Positions 56,825 to 64,000 of a stretch of 64,000 nt of DNA are shown here, piece by piece (the first letter of the stretch is position 1; each line of letters starts with the position of its first letter). The notes beneath the pieces were generated by a model that made no database searches, was not told the origin of the DNA, and worked only from the letters and a program-made list of their open reading frames with translations. Origin of the DNA: a virus. Its lineage: Duplodnaviria > Caudoviricetes. A program made the position numbers and the translations under genes. Location: positions 128,001 through 192,000 of the IMG/VR virus record IMGVR_UViG_651703002_000001, one strand, 5' to 3'.

Positions 56825-58127
56825 TTATTATGTCCTAAAATTCGTAAATTTCTTTTTTATAATCGAAATCTTCATCCAAATCTATTAGTTTGCCGACATA
56901 CCAACGATCTACATTGATATCATCACAATCACTCAGGGTTCCAGTTCCCGTATTTTGCTTCTAATTTAAATTCATATGCCGATTGCCATATACAAATAAA
57001 ACCATTTTGGTCTATTGTAATTTTAAATCCAGTTTCGTCTGGAAACATTGGTATGATAATTTTAATTCCTTTTAACTCTATCTCTTTGGCGAATTGTACA
57101 AATTTCATTTGTTATCACCCGCAATCATTAGAACAATTCCAGCGATTACAGGGCTGAAAATTAAAGATCCCAATAGCCACAAAACCCAGTTGCGCCCCCA
57201 GATATGGGACCCCAACGCAACGAGACAACTTAAACCCATATACAACGGATCTAGAATTTCAATATTCATACACGAACCCCAGTCAAAACAACAATTTCAT
57301 AATCATCCAGAGGGAAATCTACATCTGGATCTGAATAGTGTGTGTTTATTCCCCGAACAATTACCCCACGTTCCAGAATATGCTTTATGTCAAGCCAGTT
57401 TGGTTCACACCAAACATTATCAGCGAATTCAGATCTCACCAACGAGTAATCCTGTTCGCCATCAATGTAACTGGTGAAAACTTCCCAACCAATAAATTTT
57501 CCGGTGTCTTTATGTGCAAGTGCAAACATGGTTATTTCCTCTTACATTACTTCGGGTTGAGTGTGGACCGCACGGTATTTCTGTTGGAAAGACCGAACAG
57601 AAACAATCATGGGATTTTCAGAATTTTCAATAAAATCTTTGGTCATTAGGGTTCCCAAAGACCCCTGAGACATAACAACACCTTTTCGGTAGTGTTCACC
57701 TACACACCAACCCTTGTTATTCAGTACATAGTCCATAGCATCTTGAAAAGACATATCAAATTTGTTCATTACCATTTCCTCGGTTTTTTGATTCCAAACG
57801 CAATACGATTCTCGATAGCATTGTAATACGTTTCTTTAGCTTTGTCTTTATAATAATCCAATCTAAGCCTAAGCTCGTATTGTTCATCTCGATTAAACAC
57901 GTCTGTGAATAATACATCATCCCCATCGAATTGGTCAAGTAAAACTGCACCATCTAAGATTTTAAGCTTTATGGTGTCGGGAATATACTCAAACGTTATA
58001 ACGAAAAACCAACCCGGAATTTTGATATTACGTCTAACGCTACGCGTTGCAGTACCAACATCGAGGGACCCGATAATTTTTTGAGTTAGTGGGCGAATAG
58101 CGGGCTTGTGCTTTTTAAAAAACATTT

Positions 58128-58400
58128 TCACTCTCCGTAATTATTAGCGGCCCAAATTTTCCAATCAAAACCACAATTACATTTACCTTGTGAGTCTTGA
58201 TATTCTGCGTTTTCACCACACACCGGACAGCATGGGACCGACACTGTGAACTTAGCACCAATGGGCCACGAATCGGTATGGATTACCGCATATTCACTCT
58301 CATATGCTTCCTCTTGCCCAGCAGCAGTAGCCCACACATAAGGTTTGTTATTCTCTACGTTCAGGCGAATTTCACCATGTCCAACTTGTTCATATTTCAT
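58128..58400 (-). CDS. Zn-ribbon hypothetical protein
   Basis: CPVC...C.CGFDW. Confidence 0.7.
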   Translation of the reverse strand: MKYEQVGHGEIRLNVENNKPYVWATAAGQEEAYESEYAVIHTDSWPIGAKFTVSVPCCPVCGENAEYQDSQGKCNCGFDWKIWAANNYGE

Positions 58401-58778
58401 TTTTCAATCTCTTCAAAAATTGTTACATCGTGAGTTGTTTGGATCGTCTTGTTATCCATAATATAATCGGTGATCCCAGATTCCGCTTCTTCACGACTAC
58501 CAGCACGATATTCCTTGATCATGGTTCGAGTTTCGCCGGTTTTTGCGTCAGTAAAAACTACTTTAAACAAAAAATCTTTCATGGGTATTCCTTATTTGAG
58601 GGGAAACCATACATTCTAGGATATGAGATATCAAAATTACAGGCCATGCATAAAATCCACGGAAGGGGTTTTCTTCGTCTAAGTGTAGTGCGACTGCCCA
58701 GATACCAATAACAATGTAAAACACTACAAACGCACACACTTCAAAGATTACATGACTCATTTCGATATCTCTTTTGTT

Positions 58779-58818
58779 TCAACAGGGATAGTATCTCATA
58801 CCCCCGATATTAGATCAA
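58779..58818 (-). promoter_or_regulatory. Early promoter
   Basis: TTGATC-17-GATACT; shares 21 bp with the 9954 promoter. Confidence 0.75.
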
Positions 58819-59029
58819 CCTATTTCATAGGTCCTTGCCAAGTTTTTATGATGTTGTGCTTGGTAAGACCTAATGTGTATTTCACTTCATTATATGCTTG
58901 TTTGATTGCGTAATACGTTTCAATCAAAATCGACAAGAAGAGGATTACAAATACAATGATAGGAAATGCTAGTACCAGATAGGTACGCCTAGCAATATTT
59001 GAATCCCAACTAGCAGGGTGTTTCATTTT

Positions 59030-59560
59030 TCATTCTCCATATTTTGAGTTATCTATCATATCTGGGTTTGGAACACAACGCAACTTACCCAAAGTTTCTT
59101 TCTTACGGCGAGGCAAATACCTTTGTGAAATGTCAGGAAGGTTTTTCTCACAAGTACCGACTACTTCATCGCCTAACATAATCAACCATGCACGGCTCAT
59201 ACTCTTATGCTCTACTTTAGCCGTTGGATCTGCTCCCATTACTACAGCCGCCGCTTTCCAACAAGTACCGTGGATATCCCTTCGTTCTACCCAGTGAGCG
59301 AGTTCATGGTTTATAGTGTCTGCTATCCCTTCCCAAGTCATAAACCTCATATGATGTTCAGAAAGATATATCTTACGATCTGGACAAGCACACATACCAA
59401 CGTATGACTTGTGATTTGTAAATTCCAATTTGTAAGGAAATGCGACATTCCATTTGTTTATTTTGTGGGTGCGATAATAATCTTGTGCAAATTTAACACG
59501 GTCTTTGTAGTAAGAACTAATCTTGTCTTTCAGAACTTGAGAAATCATGTCACCATCCAT
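59030..59560 (-). CDS. SprT-like zinc metalloprotease
   Basis: G.C...IYLS...DTINHELAH....HG..WK....MGA.P; start codon uncertain. Confidence 0.8.
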   Translation of the reverse strand: MDGDMISQVLKDKISSYYKDRVKFAQDYYRTHKINKWNVAFPYKLEFTNHKSYVGMCACPDRKIYLSEHHMRFMTWEGIADTINHELAHWVERRDIHGTCWKAAAVVMGADPTAKVEHKSMSRAWLIMLGDEVVGTCEKNLPDISQRYLPRRKKETLGKLRCVPNPDMIDNSKYGE

Positions 59561-60852
59561 AAAAATAAACCCTATACCGATAATGGTACAGGGTTTGGGA
59601 TCTACAGTCAATCAATTTTTGGATATTTTGAACTATTTTATCTACCCATTCGCACTGATACACCCGCTCCGTGGTTACATCATACTTATCTGGGATCACA
59701 TCGCGACCGTATGTGATCCAAAGGAAAACCCACCCAAAATATAGAGGTACATGCCACCACTTCAAATAGTTTCGGTTTTTCATATGCATAATATATAAAA
59801 CAAACAACGGTAGAATTAATGCTATGAAAACAATACCGAATGACCACCACATACGAACTTCTAGAATCGGATCCATCATTGTTTAGCTTCCTGTTCCGTG
59901 ATGATAGTCAATTCACGATCATGATAATTATAATTGTATCCATTAACACCGTAAATTTCCATGGTAGTCCCCGGTCGTGCGCAACCTTCGCCATGACCCC
60001 CACCGAAGGTAGTTAGCTGTCGGGAGATTTTGAATTTTTCTCCATCTGAATTTTTCACATAAAATACGTCAGGAAGTTTTACATCACCCAGACCTTGGGG
60101 ATACACAACCGTAACATAATTACTCGAATATCCACCGCCGCTATTGTAGCGAACAATCATACCTGATAGGTCTTTCTTTAGTGCCATCAACGCAATGGAA
60201 AGAACCTTTGCTAATTGAAATTTATCTTCTGTGATAGAAATCACATCGCATATACGCGATTTCAGTTCTTGGTGATCCATAATATAATTCTCTTATTTAA
60301 ATGTCAATTTTACGAATGTACTCATAAATTTTTGAAGGAATAGTAGCTATCTGGATGAAAACATTATCCTGATACCAGCTATGGAATGTAGGATTATATC
60401 CAAGCTCTCTTAGTTTTTCTAAGTGTACCTTAGATCCAGTAATGAGTCCACCCCTTTGTGCGAATTCTGCAAAGTGATACATCTCTTCATCATAGATAAA
60501 AATACCCACGTTGTAGCAACCTGAAGTTCCGTTAAATTCTTGCCAGAAGTTCCAACTATCATCTTTAAATTCAGACAACATATCGTGTAGATAATCTAGT
60601 TTCAGAACTTTTATTTTATCGAGTTCGTTTTTCATAAATCAATCCCCTACTACAAATTGGATTTTAAGATTCGAATATAATTCTCCTTCCAAATCAACAA
60701 CACACCACCCATCTTGAGAATCCCAGTATTGGATTACTCCATTCTCATCAACACACCATTTCTCAGATTCCAAGTCATAATCATCATATTGCAACACAGC
60801 AATAAAATTACCTTTAGTAGGCATAACATTAGTCAGTTTCATTACATATTCC

Positions 60853-62171
60853 TCATTTGTATAGATGGTCAAGTATTACCTTAACCATATCAGACTTGTC
60901 AAGCTTTATCAGCTTGTTGTAAAGTCGTTTTCCTACTTCGATTTCAGGAGTGTATCCTTTCTGACGTATGGTGTCAATCAATTCTGGAAGAATTTTAATA
61001 ATATCTATCCAATTTTGAAGAATTTCGGTTGTTCCATCAGCAAACTCTTCCGGTGTGATTGAAGGATGGTTCATATCCTGTCTGTATGGCTTTGTGAGAC
61101 GTTCTAGCTCTTGTGGGATAGAACCATCTAGGAACTTGAATACAATTAGCTGGTGAGGCTTGTACGATGTTTTACGAGCTTGTTGTTTGATGCGTTGTTC
61201 TAGGAAGTTGTGATACCAATCTTGAAAAACTCGTTTGTATCTTTATCGTTATTGATCCAGTTGGTAACGTAAATGTGTCCCGGCTTGGATTTGTTATAAC
61301 CGTAGGTTGTGCATGATGGACATCGTCTACCACCATACACGAAGTCATTATAAGAAGTTGTTTGTCTTTCATGAAGATAGCAAATGTATTCAAACTTCGA
61401 GTATGTGTTTTTATAACCATCTGGAAAGCCAAGGTATTCATAACCAATTTCTTCACAAAGTTCTTTTGTGATTGTTTCTGCTTCTGAATTTCTTTGTTTA
61501 TCAGCCATCGATTTTATTCCACAATCAAAACAACCACGACCGCCGTTAATAAGGTCATTATAAGAGGGAGTATAATGACCATGTTCAGGACAGTTGATTG
61601 TCACTTTAGATTTTTGATTTTTATATCCTTCAGGAAAACCGATATATTCGTGCCCTTTATACTTCTCTCCTTTTAGAACAGACATAACTTTTCCAAAAGG
61701 GTCTTGTTCTTTTTGTTTTTCTTTAATTGATTTTATTCCACAATCAGCACAACCACAACCACCATTAACAATTTTGTGATAAGAGAGAGTATAATGTCCA
61801 TGTTCAGGACAGTTGATTGTCACTTTAGAATTGCTGTTCTTATATCCTTCAGGAAAACCGATATATTCATGCCCAACATGTTTTTCACTTGTAGATAAAA
61901 CCTTTTTTACAAGAATCTCTATTTGAAAAGGTTTCCACTTAGGATTGAATGCACAACCACAAGGGCTACAACCTTGGTTCAAATTACCTTTTGCACTCTC
62001 AAACAAATCAGGAAATAACTCTGTATCCAGAGAACAAATAGAACAAGTCAACTTATATTTCTTCTTATTCCCTTTCAACCCATTATCACTAACAACAGTC
62101 AGAACCCCACCTTTCGGAGTTGGAAAAGTTTGTCCAATAAAATCGTCTTTAACTTCACAAGTACCGCACAC
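60853..62171 (-). mobile_element. Free-standing homing endonuclease (Zn-repeat + GIY-YIG/T5orf172-like), frameshift at ~61208
   Basis: Repeated CPEHG...GGxGCxxC units; GHIYV...FKIGIT; one frame change continues NFLEQRIKQ...ELE...FADGTTE into the 60853-61074 ORF. Confidence 0.75.
61560..61874 (-). repeat. Intragenic ~96-bp tandem domain repeat (219-bp period)
   Basis: 61560-61655 vs 61779-61874, both encoding HEYIGFPEGYKN..SKVTINCPEHGHYT.SY. Confidence 0.85.
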
Positions 62172-62193
62172 TATAACAAACTCCGAAAAATAG

Positions 62194-62240
62194 AAAAAGC
62201 CTATATCCGCTAAGATACAGGCTTTTGGTTTCTATGTCAA
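62194..62240 (-). terminator. Terminator overlapping a possible promoter
   Basis: AAAAGCCTGTATC-TTAGCG-GATATAGGCTTTTT; TTGACA-17-TATCTT. Confidence 0.7.
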
Positions 62241-62551
62241 CTACATTTATTCAATTCTAGAACTTTAAGTTGAGAATATCGGTTTTCTAGTTTCTCTCGG
62301 GCATTTGTCTCGGCAATTACATTACCAAGACCAAAGTCTCCAAGGAAAGAAAAAACGCTACGAGCATCAAACTCAGATGTTTTGTTTATCTCCGAACGAA
62401 TACTATCAGCACGAATTAGTTCAAGTTTAATCTGTTCACATGTATATTGTTGTTCTTCTGATGTACTAACATTTGGGGTTTGTGGGTATTGTTTTGTTGC
62501 ACACCCAACCATCATAAGAGTGGCAAAAACTGCAATAATAATTTTCTTCAT
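62237..62551 (-). CDS. Lipoprotein
   Basis: MKKIIIAVFATLMMVGC lipobox; YTC.QI..E and terminal Cys. Confidence 0.8.
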   Translation of the reverse strand: MKKIIIAVFATLMMVGCATKQYPQTPNVSTSEEQQYTCEQIKLELIRADSIRSEINKTSEFDARSVFSFLGDFGLGNVIAETNAREKLENRYSQLKVLELNKCS

Positions 62552-62889
62552 ATCATATTTCCTGTGATTTTTAAAGTAGGGATATGATATCACACCATAT
62601 CCCAAACACCAAACTGAATTTAAAAATCGTGATGGTATCCAAAACTAACTTTGTACGAGTCAAAAGAACTTTCGATTGAGCGTAGATAAATTATCTCTAC
62701 ATCAAATTTAGCAGCAAGGATATCAACAATTTCTTTTACTGTATAACCCCGGTCATTTCCCTTTTCAACCATAATAGATTTACATTCAATTGTAATCTTT
62801 GGACCATGATGATTTCCGGATACAACTTCCCCAAACTTATTAACCGCAAATATTATATTATTTACTAATTTAACTGTAGCCATTTTTAA

Positions 62890-63204
62890 TCACTCATATA
62901 CAACGATAGATTTTACTACGGGAAATACTTCAGACAATTCAATTTCATCATCTTCGTATTCATAAGGACGCTCATCCTGATTTTCGGTAGCACCTTCGGA
63001 CCAACCAGTGCGATAGAATTTAGTCACGTCACCTTGAGTAACAGAAAGGATCTGGTCATAGATAACGCTCCAACGGCTGGTATCTACAATCTCTTTCTGC
63101 ACGTTTTTAATTACGGCAGGACCTTCAAACCCGAACTCACCATCTTCCAGATCCATACGATCTTCATAAACCATTTCTTGCAGAAGTTCTTTATAAAATT
63201 TCAT
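62890..63204 (-). CDS. Conserved acidic phage protein
   Basis: SRWS...FY...W..GATE.Q.ERP motif. Confidence 0.75.
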   Translation of the reverse strand: MKFYKELLQEMVYEDRMDLEDGEFGFEGPAVIKNVQKEIVDTSRWSVIYDQILSVTQGDVTKFYRTGWSEGATENQDERPYEYEDDEIELSEVFPVVKSIVVYE

Positions 63205-63619
63205 TTCATGTTTCCTTATTAGATTTCTTGACCATCATAAGTAATGGTCACAACAGTGTTAGTTTTAATTTTACTTGTGATTGAATTAGAGAATTCGTTT
63301 TGTTCTTGAACATCAGATACACCATCCAACATAGATTCCCAAATCATATAATCATCATCCATTTCTGTATACGTTTTGAATGCAGAAATAAGATCTTCTA
63401 CAGTCTCACACATATTGATTTTAACATCACCATCTACTTCGGAATGTTTTCCATCAAGATAATGAAAATATGGAGTATAACCACGGATCAAGTCTTCATT
63501 TTCTTCAAAGAATTCTTTAGTAAAGAATCCACTTTGACTACAACAAGAGCCAGAATAATAACCTTCACCAAACAGCTCTACAAATACTACCTTTCCAATT
63601 AGATCTTTCATTTTTTATA

Positions 63620-63997
63620 TCACCAGTCAATATTAATACCGTAATCACCAGCAGGTAACAGCCCTTTATCATGTAGATCGTTAACAATCATACTCATTTC
63701 TGGGTAAAAGTTTCTCTCCCACCACATATTAAGTTCCCAATCTGATGTTTGACCAACAATAGGAGTTTTTGGATCCCGTTCCAACCAAGCTTTAAAACTA
63801 ACTCCCATTTCAGGATGATTTACCTTTTCAGGAACTGTATCATTTTCATAGTCGTAAGGATACGCATGAGGACAACTAAAATATACAGTCTGGCGCTCTT
63901 TACAGTCGTCTTGTTGTTGAAAACTATAGTCTCGACCATAAGTTGATGAAACCAGATCATCCCACTCTTGCACACTCATAATAGTAACAGATTTCAT
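63620..63997 (-). CDS. Conserved phage hypothetical protein
   Basis: WDDLV..TYGR.YSFQQQD.CKER...WERNFYP...LPAGDY.INIDW. Confidence 0.8.
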   Translation of the reverse strand: MKSVTIMSVQEWDDLVSSTYGRDYSFQQQDDCKERQTVYFSCPHAYPYDYENDTVPEKVNHPEMGVSFKAWLERDPKTPIVGQTSDWELNMWWERNFYPEMSMIVNDLHDKGLLPAGDYGINIDW

Positions 63998-64000
63998 CTT

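Noticed and set aside
57542-57775. Firm Tad2/DUF2829 call
   Set aside because: Only the first ~15 residues resemble it; the RxGWNG and DW motifs are missing
32283-59040. Many proteins ending in GE*, VE* or EV* as a C-terminal signal
   Set aside because: Explained by the next gene's GGAG/GAGG SD being embedded in the last codons (translational coupling)
4572-63946. Plus-strand ORFs of 60-194 aa (e.g. 9522-9992, 19207-19791, 28522-28962)
   Set aside because: Antisense shadows of well-coupled minus-strand genes; no SD or recognisable motifs
1-64000. tRNA/rRNA genes or a group I intron
   Set aside because: No cloverleaf with T-loop and CCA in any intergenic gap; gene 52 is uninterrupted

Overview
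AT-rich segment of a large T4-like (Straboviridae) myophage genome. The host is most plausibly Aeromonas (Aeh1/65/CC2-like), inferred from the gene order and from AsiA lacking an adjacent MotA. The left end holds a 5'-truncated long tail fiber gene and lysozyme e on the + strand, converging on asiA, an arn.1-like gene, topoisomerase gene 52 and ndd. The remaining ~55 kb is a hyperplastic region of well over 100 short minus-strand genes, divided into cassettes by ~25 sigma70-type promoters (TTGACN-N16-18-TGn(G/T)ATACT-like). Many of these promoters lie inside palindromes or terminators, and several are repeated verbatim. No tRNA, rRNA or CRISPR array was seen. Main points of interest: (1) a 67-bp AT-rich dyad element present twice 38 kb apart, each next to a GTA-triloop/sheared-GA DNA hairpin (origin-like); (2) a late-promoter island of putative capsid-packaged, protease-processed internal proteins, one with a RelE/DUF4258-like domain; (3) a PagP-like outer-membrane beta-barrel; (4) a circularly permuted adenine methyltransferase; (5) a 2OG-Fe(II) oxygenase hidden by frameshifts; (6) mosaic paralog families. 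Many single-base indels at homopolymers break genes and are probably sequencing errors. All family calls come from motif recognition by eye; no database search was run.
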